Part shown: piece after piece, positions 15,582 to 24,196 of the stretch | Numbering within the stretch: the stretch's first letter is position 1 | How the letters are laid out: every line of letters begins with the position of its first letter | Source of the DNA: an uncultured Candidatus Rokubacteria bacterium | Lineage (GTDB): Bacteria; Methylomirabilota; Methylomirabilia; Rokubacteriales; DASRDR01 | DNA length: 64,000 nt | Direction: 5' to 3' | NCBI GenBank assembly: GCA_963708025.1 | Contig: CAVPSB010000016.1 | Location: forward strand, 352,001 to 416,000 | Position numbers and translations under genes: made by a program | The notes under the pieces: generated by a model | Databases searched by the model: none | Seen by the model: the letters and a program-made list of their open reading frames with translations, nothing else | What the model was told of the DNA's origin: nothing

Positions 15582-16331
15582 ATGGTGCTCCAGGAAGAGT
15601 CGATCGACCTCGCCACCGCCACCGGACCCATGCGCACCTACGTCTACCGGCCGGTCGCGCCGGGTCGCCATCCGGGCCTGATCTTCTACTCGGAGATCTT
15701 CCAGCGAACCGGTCCGATCAAGCGGGCGGCGGCCATGATGGCGGGCCACGGCTTCGTCGTCGCGGTGCCCGAGATCTACCACGAGCTGGAGCCGGCCGGC
15801 ACCGAGCTGCCGTACGACCCCGCCGGGACCGAGGCGGGCAACCGTCACAAGGTGGCACGGCCGACCTCGGTCTACGACGACGACGCGCGCGCCGTGATCC
15901 GTCACCTGGCTTCCCTCCCCGCCTGCACCGGCCGGCTCGGCGCGATGGGGATCTGCATCGGCGGGCACCTCGCCTTCCGGGCGGCGCTCAACCCCGAGAT
16001 CCGGGCTGGCGCCTGCTTCTACGCGACCGACCTCCACAGCCGGAGCCTGGGCCAGGGCGGCGACGACACGCTGGAGCGGGCGGGGGACATCCGCGGCGAG
16101 ATGCTGATGGTCTGGGGCCGGCAGGACCCGCACATCCCGGTGGAGGGCCGACTCCTCATCTACCAGCGCCTGACCGCCGCCGGCGTCAACTTCACGTGGC
16201 ACGAGTTCAACGGGGCCCACGCCTTCATGCGGGACGAGGGCGCCCGCTACGACCCGGCGCTGGCCCTGATCGGGTACCGGCTGGCCATCGACCTGTTCGC
16301 CCGCACGCTGGCGATGGGAGGAACATCGTGA
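15582..16331 (+). CDS. Dienelactone hydrolase family protein
   Basis: SEIFQ, GICIGG (nucleophile Cys), AHAFMRD. Confidence 0.9.
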   Translation: MVLQEESIDLATATGPMRTYVYRPVAPGRHPGLIFYSEIFQRTGPIKRAAAMMAGHGFVVAVPEIYHELEPAGTELPYDPAGTEAGNRHKVARPTSVYDDDARAVIRHLASLPACTGRLGAMGICIGGHLAFRAALNPEIRAGACFYATDLHSRSLGQGGDDTLERAGDIRGEMLMVWGRQDPHIPVEGRLLIYQRLTAAGVNFTWHEFNGAHAFMRDEGARYDPALALIGYRLAIDLFARTLAMGGTS

Positions 16332-17237
16332 AGCTCGGCATCTGCATCCCGCACTACGGGCGACCGATCGAGGTCGGGCGCCTCTTCGGGGTCGTGCGCC
16401 GCGCCGAGGAGCAAGGGCTGGACTCGGTGTGGGTGACCGACCACGTCATCGTGCCGCTCGACGCCAACGTGATCTACCGGGAGCACATGCTCGATCCCCT
16501 CGCCGTCCTCCCGTGGCTCGCCGGCGTGACGGAGCGGATCGCGCTCGGCACCAGCGTGGTGATCCTGCCCTATCGCTCGCCGATCCCCGTGGCCAAGCTG
16601 CTTGCCAGCGTGGACGTGCTGTCGGGCGGACGCCTGATCGTCGGCGCGGCGATCGGCTGGCTGGAGGGCGAGTTCGACGCGCTGGGAGTGCCGTTCAAGG
16701 AGCGCGCCAGCCGCTCGGACGAAGCCCTCGAGCTGTTCCGGACCCTCTGGACCCAGGACCGACCGGCGATCGAGACCCGACGCTACCGCGTCCACGACGT
16801 GCAGGTCTCCCCGATGCCGCTCCAGAAGCCGCGCCCGCCGCTCTACATCGGCGGCAGCAGCGAGGGCGCCTTCCGGCGGGTCGCCCGGCTGGGCGACGGG
16901 TGGCACGCCACCGCCTCGACACCCGAGGCGCTTCCGCCAGGGGGCCGACGCCGTGCGGCGCTTCTGGAAGGAGGCGGGGCGTGAAGGAGAGCCGGTCTGG
17001 TCGCTCCGCATCCCCGTCCTCATCGACGGCATCCATCGCCCGGCCGTCGACATGACGCTGATGCGTGGCCGCCACGCGATCGCGGGCCCGGTGACGAAGG
17101 TGACCGAGGAGCTGCGAGCCTTCCAGGCGCTCGGCGTGAGCCACGTCGCGCTGGAAGTCTCCTATTCCACCTACCCGGCGATCCTGGAGACGATCGACAT
17201 CCTGGCTGACAAGGTGAAGCCGCAGCTCGGGAGCTGA
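16328..17237 (+). CDS. LLM-class flavin/F420-dependent oxidoreductase (frameshift near 16933)
   Basis: DSVWVTDH, LGTSV, DVLSGGRL, PKPRPP-like segment, GDGW. Confidence 0.88.
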
Positions 17238-17338
17238 TAAGAAATCGGTTGTCCGGCACCCCCTCCCCCCGCCAAAGGCCGAAGGCCGTCGAACGGTGGG
17301 GGAGGGGGGCCGCGGTGGGGGCGGGAGGTCCCGAACAG
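17238..17338. repeat. GC-rich intergenic hairpin repeat (homologous to 31101-31180 in reverse) with a GGCC-GAA-GGCC module in its loop
   Basis: Reverse complement shares GGGACCTCCC...CCCCTCCCCCACC...GGGGGGAGG...CGGA with 31101-31180. Confidence 0.6.
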
Positions 17339-17915
17339 TCAGCCGGTGGCCCGGCCGATCTCCTCCCGCAGCCAGACCATGATCTTGTCGCGCCAGGCCA
17401 CCGCCTCGGCCCGCGCGGCCTCCGAAGCCCCGGGCGGGGCGAACGTCTCGACGTAGGGCCGCACCACCGGCTCGGTCCCGGACGCGCGGACGCCGACCCA
17501 CCAGCCGTTCTCGAAGACGACCTTGACGCCGTCGAGCCTGATCACCTGCGCGACGGCAAAGCTCCGGCCGTCGATCGACATCCGGTCGCCGGGTCGGGGC
17601 CGACCGAAGTGCGCCCTGAGGGCGGCGACCAGCGGCTCGCCCTGCAGCCGGCCGGTCACCTTCTGGCGCTCGAAGTAGAACGAGCCCAGCTCCGCCTCGG
17701 CCTCGGCACGGATCGCCTCGGCGGGGCGATCATAGTGGAGCACCATGGCGGTCAGGATGAGCGCGGCCAGGAGACCGTCCTTGTCGCGGCTCCACCCCTT
17801 CGGCGACATGCCGTCGCTCTCCTCCCACGAGTTGACCGAGACCGGGACGACCTCCTTGAGGAACTGGAAGCCGACCGCGGTCTCGTGGAACTCGCGAGCC
17901 AGGGACTGCGACGAT
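17339..17915 (-). pseudogene. Phosphoglucomutase/phosphomannomutase C-terminal half only
   Basis: ETAVGFQF, WEESDG, DKDG, RASGTEP motifs; upstream in-frame stop near 18008; no N-terminal phosphoserine or metal-binding domains. Confidence 0.7.
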
Positions 17916-18022
17916 TCAATGACGGGGACCGGGCGGCTCTCGAGGCCAGGATGGTACGCCCGGCCGGGGCTGTCAAGCTTGCCGGCGACCGTGGGTTCCC
18001 CGCCGCGTTAGAATGACGGGGT

Positions 18023-18496
18023 ATGCGCGAGTATCACTACCGGGTGGACGGGGACGGCCGCATCTTCCACGACGGCACCGAGATCCTGGACCCGCTCGTG
18101 CTGCGCTTCTTCCTGCGCGCCATGACGCAGACGCCCGAGGGCCGCTACCTGGTCGTCTGCCAGGGCGAGCACAACTGGTTCGACGCCGGCGGCCCCGACG
18201 GGACGCCGTTCGTGGTCCTCCGCGCGCGGCCCGTCGTCGAGGCGGAGCGTCTCGCCGCGGTGGAGCTGTCCCTCGCGGGCGACTATCGGGAGCCGCTGGA
18301 TCCCGCCAGCCTGGAGGTCGAGGAGGGCCGTCTCTACTGCCGCGTGCGGCGCGGCGCCTTCCGGGCGCGCTTCGGCCGGGTCGCCGTCCAGCAGCTCGCG
18401 CCGTTCCTGACGGACGACGGCGGCGGGCCGGGCCTGACCGTCGGCGGCACGCGCTACCCGATCCGCGAGGCGGTCCCGGCCGCCCGCGCCACATGA
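18023..18496 (+). CDS. Hypothetical protein (DUF1285-like, tentative)
   Basis: VDGDGRIFHDG, TPFVV, EPLDPASL, LYCRVRRG...ARF pattern. Confidence 0.6.
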   Translation: MREYHYRVDGDGRIFHDGTEILDPLVLRFFLRAMTQTPEGRYLVVCQGEHNWFDAGGPDGTPFVVLRARPVVEAERLAAVELSLAGDYREPLDPASLEVEEGRLYCRVRRGAFRARFGRVAVQQLAPFLTDDGGGPGLTVGGTRYPIREAVPAARAT

Positions 18497-19287
18497 CGGC
18501 CCGACGGTCGGGCGCCGACCGGACGCCGGGAATCCCCGAGCGGGGCGCGAGACGGGCGAGCCGGCCGCCGGAGCCGGCGGCCCCCGCCCGGGCCCTCAGC
18601 ATCCACGCTCACCCCGACGACCAGGAGTTCACCGTGGGCGGAACCCTGGCCAAGTGGGCGCGCGCCGGCAGCGAGATCGTGACCGTGTGCATCACCAGCG
18701 GCGGCGCCGGCTCCAACCAGTACACGCCGCCGCACATGACGCGCGAGGCGCTGGTCCCCGTCCGGGAGGCGGAGCAGCGCCAGGCCTGCCGCGTCCTGGG
18801 CGTCAAGGAGGTCGTGTTCCTCGGCTACGAGGACGGCCTGCTGGAGCCGTCCCTCGCCCTCCGCCGGGAGCTGACCCGCGTGATCCGCCGGTACCGTCCG
18901 GACGCGGTTCTCTGCGGCGATCCCACCGTTCGCTTCTACGGCCAGAGCTACATGAACCACCCCGACCACCGGGCGGCGGCCGACGCCGCGCTGGACGCCG
19001 TCTTCCCGTCGGCCGAGACCCGTCTCGTCTTCCCGGAGCTGCTCGAGGAGGGGCTGGCGCCCCACCACGTCCAGACGGTGTTCATCCACGGCGCGAGCCG
19101 ACCGGACACCTTCGTCAACATCGCCGACGTGCTGGACGTCAAGCTGGCCGCGCTCCGGGAGCACAAGAGCCAGATGGGGGAATGGGACCCGACTGAGATG
19201 ATCACGCTGTGGGCCCGCGAGCAGGGTCGGCGCCGCGGGCTGGCCGCCGCCGAGGCGTATCGCCGGATGGTCCTCGGCGGCCCGTAG
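18493..19287 (+). CDS. PIG-L/LmbE family deacetylase
   Basis: AHPDDQE, HPDHR, HKSQ motifs. Confidence 0.9.
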   Translation: MTARRSGADRTPGIPERGARRASRPPEPAAPARALSIHAHPDDQEFTVGGTLAKWARAGSEIVTVCITSGGAGSNQYTPPHMTREALVPVREAEQRQACRVLGVKEVVFLGYEDGLLEPSLALRRELTRVIRRYRPDAVLCGDPTVRFYGQSYMNHPDHRAAADAALDAVFPSAETRLVFPELLEEGLAPHHVQTVFIHGASRPDTFVNIADVLDVKLAALREHKSQMGEWDPTEMITLWAREQGRRRGLAAAEAYRRMVLGGP

Positions 19288-19291
19288 CCTC

Positions 19292-20464
19292 TCAGACGCG
19301 GCGGAAATAGACGCGCGGATCCCCGTAGAAGAGATACGACGCCCAGGAGAAGTCCGTCGGCCCGGTCGCGTTCCGGCACGCCACCCGGGCGTCCCTGACC
19401 GCCCGCCCCAGCGGCTTCCCCTCGACCAGCGCCGAGTAGAACGCCTTCGCGAATGCCGCCGCCGCGGCGTCTCCCACCTGCCAGCGGTTGCCGATCAGGT
19501 AGGCGCCGGTCTCCAGGAAGGCGCGGGCCAACCCGAAGATGTCGAAGCGGTTCTTCCACTCGCCCTCGGTCTTGGCCGCCGCGGTCTCGCAGGCGTTCAT
19601 GAAGAAGAAGACCGGAGGCTTGCTTCCGAAGAACCCCATGATGGGTCCCGTGCTCATGTCGCGGTCGAAGAGCACGAGGCTGCTGAGGTGCGGCTTGTCG
19701 TTCCGGAAGTACGCGTGTCCGCTGAAGTGCACGATGTGGTAGCGGCCGCTCTTGATCGCCTTGTAGACGTCGTCGTACTTGGCCTTCGGGCCCTGCAGCA
19801 ACGACACCTTGGCGGCATCCCCCAGCGGCGCCAGCGTCTCCAGGATCGCCTGGGTCTCCGCCGCCGCCGCCGGCAAGGGGTCGTACTTCACGTTCCCGCG
19901 CGGCTGCGGCTGGGGCACGCTGATCAGCAGCACCGACAGCTGGGTCGCCCCCACCGTGGCCGCCGCCCGCTGGAGCGACGGGATCGCCGGCTTCGAGGAG
20001 TTCACGAAGCGCCCGACGAGGTGCTTGAAGCACAGGAAGTCGTCGTCGTCGTGCATCAGCTCCCACGGGTACTCGAGCAGCGCCTCGTCCATCCCGATTT
20101 CGAGGAACAGGTCGGGAGTCCGCAGCTCCCCCTGGACGTACCCCGGCATGATGAGGTTCAGGAGCTGGCCGCCGATCAGCTTGGTCTCGTCGAGGAGCGT
20201 CTCGTCCGGCGCGGCCCCGCCGGCGGCGCCGCCGCCTCGCGCATCGACCGCCACCGCCAGCTGATTCAGGCGGTCACGGATCGGCGTGAGCTCCTCGGAC
20301 CCCAGCCGCAGCTCCTCCAGCGGTGGACGGATCGTCGAGCGAAAGGGCGGGGTGTACTTCAGTCGATAGGTGTCTCCCCCCGCCCCCGGGCCCGGGCTGA
20401 ACAGCTCGACCTGGGCAGTGGCCCCCGCGAACCAGTCGATGCAGAAGCCGGTAGCCGGACTCAC
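19292..20464 (-). CDS. Standalone CHAT-domain (caspase-like) cysteine protease
   Basis: YPWELMHD, IVHFSGHA (His), FFFMNACET (Cys), AFLETGA..IG..WQVGD, WASYLFYGDP. Confidence 0.9.
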   Translation of the reverse strand: MSPATGFCIDWFAGATAQVELFSPGPGAGGDTYRLKYTPPFRSTIRPPLEELRLGSEELTPIRDRLNQLAVAVDARGGGAAGGAAPDETLLDETKLIGGQLLNLIMPGYVQGELRTPDLFLEIGMDEALLEYPWELMHDDDDFLCFKHLVGRFVNSSKPAIPSLQRAAATVGATQLSVLLISVPQPQPRGNVKYDPLPAAAAETQAILETLAPLGDAAKVSLLQGPKAKYDDVYKAIKSGRYHIVHFSGHAYFRNDKPHLSSLVLFDRDMSTGPIMGFFGSKPPVFFFMNACETAAAKTEGEWKNRFDIFGLARAFLETGAYLIGNRWQVGDAAAAAFAKAFYSALVEGKPLGRAVRDARVACRNATGPTDFSWASYLFYGDPRVYFRRV

Positions 20465-21249
20465 GATGCAACACCCCCTTCCATCGGCCGACTCTCCACG
20501 ACGGTCTGGACGACCGCCGGGTCGGCCACGGCCAGCTGGAAGCCTCGGCCGGCGAGCTTCGGCAGCTCGTGCTCATCCCCCAGGTGGGTCATCAGGTCCA
20601 GGTTCGTCACCGAGCCGACGTCCGAATAGAGGAAGCAGCTGGAGTTCTCGCACCGCTCCAGCCCGAGGAACTGCCCGGTGATCGACAGCCCGGCCGCTCT
20701 GACGCGATGCTTGATCGTCGAGATCCGCCCGGGATCCGGGCTTCGCCAGTACTTCGGATCGGTCGGCACCATCGAGATGACCGCGCCGCCCTCGAAGTCG
20801 TCCCAGATGATGTAGCGCCATTCGGGGGGCGGGGTGATCTCGCGGTCGGTCACGATGAAGAGCAGCCCGGAGTCCGGACCGATCCCGATCAGGTCGCGAA
20901 CCACCTGGCCCAGCTTCCGCTGGTCACACGTCCGCCGGAACCGCCCGGTCGAGTCCTTGGACGACACCGGCTTCTCCACCCGCTGCGCCGGGCTCAGCTG
21001 TGCGAGCGCGTCATCGACCGCCTTCCCGCCCCTCAGCAGCCGATCCAGGTTTCGCCGCGCCGCGTCCAGCAGGTTGATCTTGGGCACCTGGGGGGAGATG
21101 TAGAATCGCTGGAAGCTGATCCGTGGCTGGTCCATGTTGTAGAACCGCTCGATCTCGAGCAGCATTGCCCACAGCGCCGGACCGACCTCGAGGGAGGTCT
21201 CGCCATCGACCAGCAGCAGCACCTGCACGATCCGAACGGGGTCGCTCAT
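20461..21249 (-). CDS. Archaemetzincin (M54)-like protein lacking catalytic zinc ligands
   Basis: VTD..., AVIS...DPKYW, GLERCENSSC..S...D match the archaemetzincin pattern, but HExxHxxGxxH is replaced by SITGQFLGLER. Confidence 0.65.
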   Translation of the reverse strand: MSDPVRIVQVLLLVDGETSLEVGPALWAMLLEIERFYNMDQPRISFQRFYISPQVPKINLLDAARRNLDRLLRGGKAVDDALAQLSPAQRVEKPVSSKDSTGRFRRTCDQRKLGQVVRDLIGIGPDSGLLFIVTDREITPPPEWRYIIWDDFEGGAVISMVPTDPKYWRSPDPGRISTIKHRVRAAGLSITGQFLGLERCENSSCFLYSDVGSVTNLDLMTHLGDEHELPKLAGRGFQLAVADPAVVQTVVESRPMEGGVAS

Positions 21250-21267
21250 CGTCCGCTGACCTGGCGG

Positions 21268-21359
21268 CTAGTGCCGTTCCAACTTGTTCCAGCTAGTGCT
21301 TTCGAGGAACACAGTGCGCGCATCGTCTATCTTGGCTCATGTAGTTGGAACGGCACTAG
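21268..21359. mobile_element. MITE-like element with perfect inverted ends, CTAG at each end
   Basis: CTAGTGCCGTTCCAACT (21268-21284) and AGTTGGAACGGCACTAG (21343-21359); more AT-rich interior. Confidence 0.7.
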
Positions 21360-23071
21360 GAGATTCCCACCTTCGCGTACGCATCGGTGAGGGCATCGAG
21401 CTTCGGCTGGCGCTGCGCATCGCCGGCATAGTACGTGCTGGCGACGTTCCGCAGCGTCTGGAGCGTCTGCGAGAACGTGGCCAGCTTGTCGAGCCGGGTG
21501 AGGCACAGGTAGTAGAGCACGGCCGCCTCGCGCGGCGTGAAGACCGGTTGCCCCTGAGCGTCCTTCGCGCTGAGCACATTGTACGCCGCCTTGTTGTGGA
21601 TGTTGCTGTTGGTGTGCACCCCGCCGTTGTCCTGCGGCGTGTTGACGTACTGGTCCATGTGCGCGGGATCGCCGGTCCGGGTAGGGTCCCGCATGTCGCG
21701 CAGGGGAAGTCCGCCGGCCCGGAACCCGGAGCCGATCTCCCAGCTCCAGCCGTCCACCGTCCCGCCGGTGGTCGGGTTGGCCACGTCCCAGTTCTTGATG
21801 ATGATCCCGAAGATGTCGCTGAACGATTCGTTCAGCGCGCCCGATTGCCGGAGGTACACGAGGTCGGCGGTGAACTCGGTCACCCCGTGCGTCAGCTCGT
21901 GGGCGATGGCGTCGAGGTGGCGGGCGTAGCTCCGGAGGGCGCCGGTGGCGTCCCGGGCCTGGCCGTACCACATCCGCCGCCTCCACCACACGGCGTTGTG
22001 CCACTCGGGTGGCGCTTCCTCAGCCGGCACCGTGCAGTTCACGTAGGAGACGAGCTCCATGCCCTTGTCGTCGACCCCGTCCCGCAGCAGCACCGACTTG
22101 TAGAAGTCGAAGACGCGCATCGCATTGACATGGGCCGAGACCGCCGGCGCATTCTTGAACTCGCTCGACGGCCCGCCGATCGGCTCGGCCGGCGGCGGGG
22201 TGGTGTCCACGTCGTTCAATCCGAAGTCGAACGTCCGGATTCCCCGGATCGGGTCGCTCATCTCGAACGCGGCGCCGTTCTTGCGGCCCCAGAACACCTG
22301 GGTCGCTCCGTCCTCGTCGGCGCCCCGGCACTGACTGGGGATCTCCAGGGTCGGCGCCGCGCTCCAGTAGAGGAGCACCGCGCCGTCGTGGGCGTCCACG
22401 AGATAGTTGACCTCGGGATGCCGCTGGGCCAGCGAGCGACCGAGCCCGTGACTCCGCGTCGCTTCGAGAAAGCCGGGCGGCGCCGCCGGCACGTTCCGGA
22501 AGAAGTAGACGAGGTGCCACTGGTCCGACCCGTCGTCGTGGTAGTAGGTGAGCTCCGGAGGCTCCACGCCCTCCAGCGTCGCCTCGGCGACCTTCGCCAG
22601 CGTCGCGATGCGGCTCCGGGCATGGGCGGCGCCCAGCGCGGCGATGGGTGACGCGTTCTTGACCTCGGCGAGCTCGGCGTCGACCGAGAGGAGCTCACGG
22701 TTTCGGTCCAGCTCGACCACGGCCCGGGAGCCGAAGACGGGGATCGTCGCCTTGGTCTGGACGAAGCGCACCGTCCAGGTGCCGGTCAACGGTGAGCGCT
22801 GGCTGTCGCGCAGCCGCATGTCGGGAACCACCTCGGGACGCTCGGGCGCGGTCAGTCCCCGCAGCGACGGCCGAGTGTCCCGCCCGAACAGCTGGCTCAG
22901 ATAGAAGCGCGCGGCCGCCTCTTCGCTGTTGAAGCCGGGCGCCGCCTCGGCGGCCCCGGCCCGGGCCGGCCCCCCGCCGCGGAGCGCGAGAGGTCGCGCG
23001 CCCACCGCCTGCAGATCGTGGTCTTCCCGGTCGGCGACGTTGAAGTGGATGCTGTGGAAGCCGGTGGCCAT
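21356..23071 (-). CDS. Thermolysin-like M4 metalloprotease with propeptide and no signal peptide
   Basis: NAVW, AHELTHGV, GALNESFSD, DNGGVHTNSNIHNKAAY; FTP/PepSY-like VRFVQ...IPVFG and YLVDAHDG; N-terminus MATGFHSIHF is not hydrophobic. Confidence 0.92.
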   Translation of the reverse strand: MATGFHSIHFNVADREDHDLQAVGARPLALRGGGPARAGAAEAAPGFNSEEAAARFYLSQLFGRDTRPSLRGLTAPERPEVVPDMRLRDSQRSPLTGTWTVRFVQTKATIPVFGSRAVVELDRNRELLSVDAELAEVKNASPIAALGAAHARSRIATLAKVAEATLEGVEPPELTYYHDDGSDQWHLVYFFRNVPAAPPGFLEATRSHGLGRSLAQRHPEVNYLVDAHDGAVLLYWSAAPTLEIPSQCRGADEDGATQVFWGRKNGAAFEMSDPIRGIRTFDFGLNDVDTTPPPAEPIGGPSSEFKNAPAVSAHVNAMRVFDFYKSVLLRDGVDDKGMELVSYVNCTVPAEEAPPEWHNAVWWRRRMWYGQARDATGALRSYARHLDAIAHELTHGVTEFTADLVYLRQSGALNESFSDIFGIIIKNWDVANPTTGGTVDGWSWEIGSGFRAGGLPLRDMRDPTRTGDPAHMDQYVNTPQDNGGVHTNSNIHNKAAYNVLSAKDAQGQPVFTPREAAVLYYLCLTRLDKLATFSQTLQTLRNVASTYYAGDAQRQPKLDALTDAYAKVGIS

Positions 23072-23132
23072 CACTGTCTCTCCCTCGGGTCGCCACGCAT
23101 CGGCGCGCCGCCCCGCGGCTCGCACCCCGACG

Positions 23133-23711
23133 TTATCGCGTGCTCCGGACCGGCCGGCCCAGGATCGGTCCCACCGCCCTCGGCGTCGTCGCGGCCACAC
23201 CCCTCGGGCCGTGTGGGGTCCGACAGCCCGTCATGGGGGCCACCAGCACCTGGAGGAACATGTCGGCCGAATCCGTGACCAGACCGGTGCTGACGAGGAG
23301 GGCCACGTCGCCGCCGGCCGCCGCCCGGGTGATGGCGAACCGCAAGCGACGATCGAGGCCGCTGCTCGCCGGTGTCCAGGGAATCTGGCTGCCGTCCCCC
23401 ACCAGGTAGCTGGCCTGGACCGGCACGCCCTCCGGATCGGCATTGAACCGGTCGAGCTGCGCGAGCAGCTCGTCGAGCGTCTGGGGGAGAATCTCGCGTC
23501 TCAGGACGAGCGTGGCCAGGGGATCGTTCAGCCACTGGGCCGTCTCGGCGGGCGTCATCGGGCACGGCGCGTCGTCGAGCCCGAGCACGAACCGGTAGAG
23601 CCGGCCCGCCTCCAGGACGTATCCGTCACGGGCCGCCGCGAGCCCCGCGTAACGGGTCGGGAACGACCGGGACGCCCGGGGCGGAGGCGTCGCGAAGCTC
23701 GATCGGGTCAT
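23133..23711 (-). CDS. Hypothetical protein, probably 3'-truncated
   Basis: Protein-like composition up to FLQVL, then low-complexity tail; first gene after the promoter at 23845-23873. Confidence 0.5.
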   Translation of the reverse strand: MTRSSFATPPPRASRSFPTRYAGLAAARDGYVLEAGRLYRFVLGLDDAPCPMTPAETAQWLNDPLATLVLRREILPQTLDELLAQLDRFNADPEGVPVQASYLVGDGSQIPWTPASSGLDRRLRFAITRAAAGGDVALLVSTGLVTDSADMFLQVLVAPMTGCRTPHGPRGVAATTPRAVGPILGRPVRSTR

Positions 23712-23844
23712 CGGCCCGCCCGAGCGGCCCGACCGTCGACCGGGTCGAGGCCATTCGGCCCGACTCTACCGTCTTCGACCGTGCGACCGCTCACCGCGAC
23801 CCGCCATCCGACCGGAACGAGACGGCAGTCCCGGCCACGTCCGC

Positions 23845-23892
23845 ACACTAGAGCGAGGCCGAGAGGCCGTCAAGTGTATCCAAATGGATACA
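23845..23892 (-). promoter_or_regulatory. Sigma70-like promoter with adjacent palindromic operator
   Basis: TTGACG-17-TAGTGT (23873-23845); TGTATCCA-AA-TGGATACA at 23875-23892. Confidence 0.6.
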
Positions 23893-23959
23893 GGTGGACA
23901 CCGCGGGCCACGACCGAAGCCTGGGATTCCCACCCGGGATCACCTGGGCCGTCCGCAAC

Positions 23960-24040
23960 CTACTCCTCCCAGGCGGCCAGGAGGACCACGTGGAGCAGGG
24001 CAACGATCAGGACCAGCAAGAGCGCCGGTGGCATGTTCAT
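23960..24040 (-). CDS. 26-aa hydrophobic micropeptide
   Basis: RBS AAGGAGG then MNMPPALLLVLIVALLHVVLLAAWEE*. Confidence 0.55.
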   Translation of the reverse strand: MNMPPALLLVLIVALLHVVLLAAWEE

Positions 24041-24063
24041 CGCCTCCTTCACCGGAGGAGAAT

Positions 24064-24080
24064 GGCAACGCGGGTGCCAG
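24064..24080 (-). promoter_or_regulatory. Sigma54 (-24/-12) promoter
   Basis: CTGGCAC-CCGCG-TTGCC matches TGGCAC-N5-TTGC. Confidence 0.6.
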
Positions 24081-24196
24081 GCCCCAGGCGCATCACGACG
24101 CGTAGTTACGCGTGGCGAGGGGTGAAGTGGCGGTGGTGGTGACCGGCCTTTCGCCACCGCTCGCGGCAGCCACGACCGGCCATCCGGCGGCCCGGG

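Noticed and set aside
21356-23200. Longer 614-aa start for the M4 protease as a possible Tat/Sec signal
   Set aside because: The extension is Arg/Gly-rich without a hydrophobic core, overlaps the upstream ORF, and an RBS (GAGGGAG) precedes the ATG at 23071
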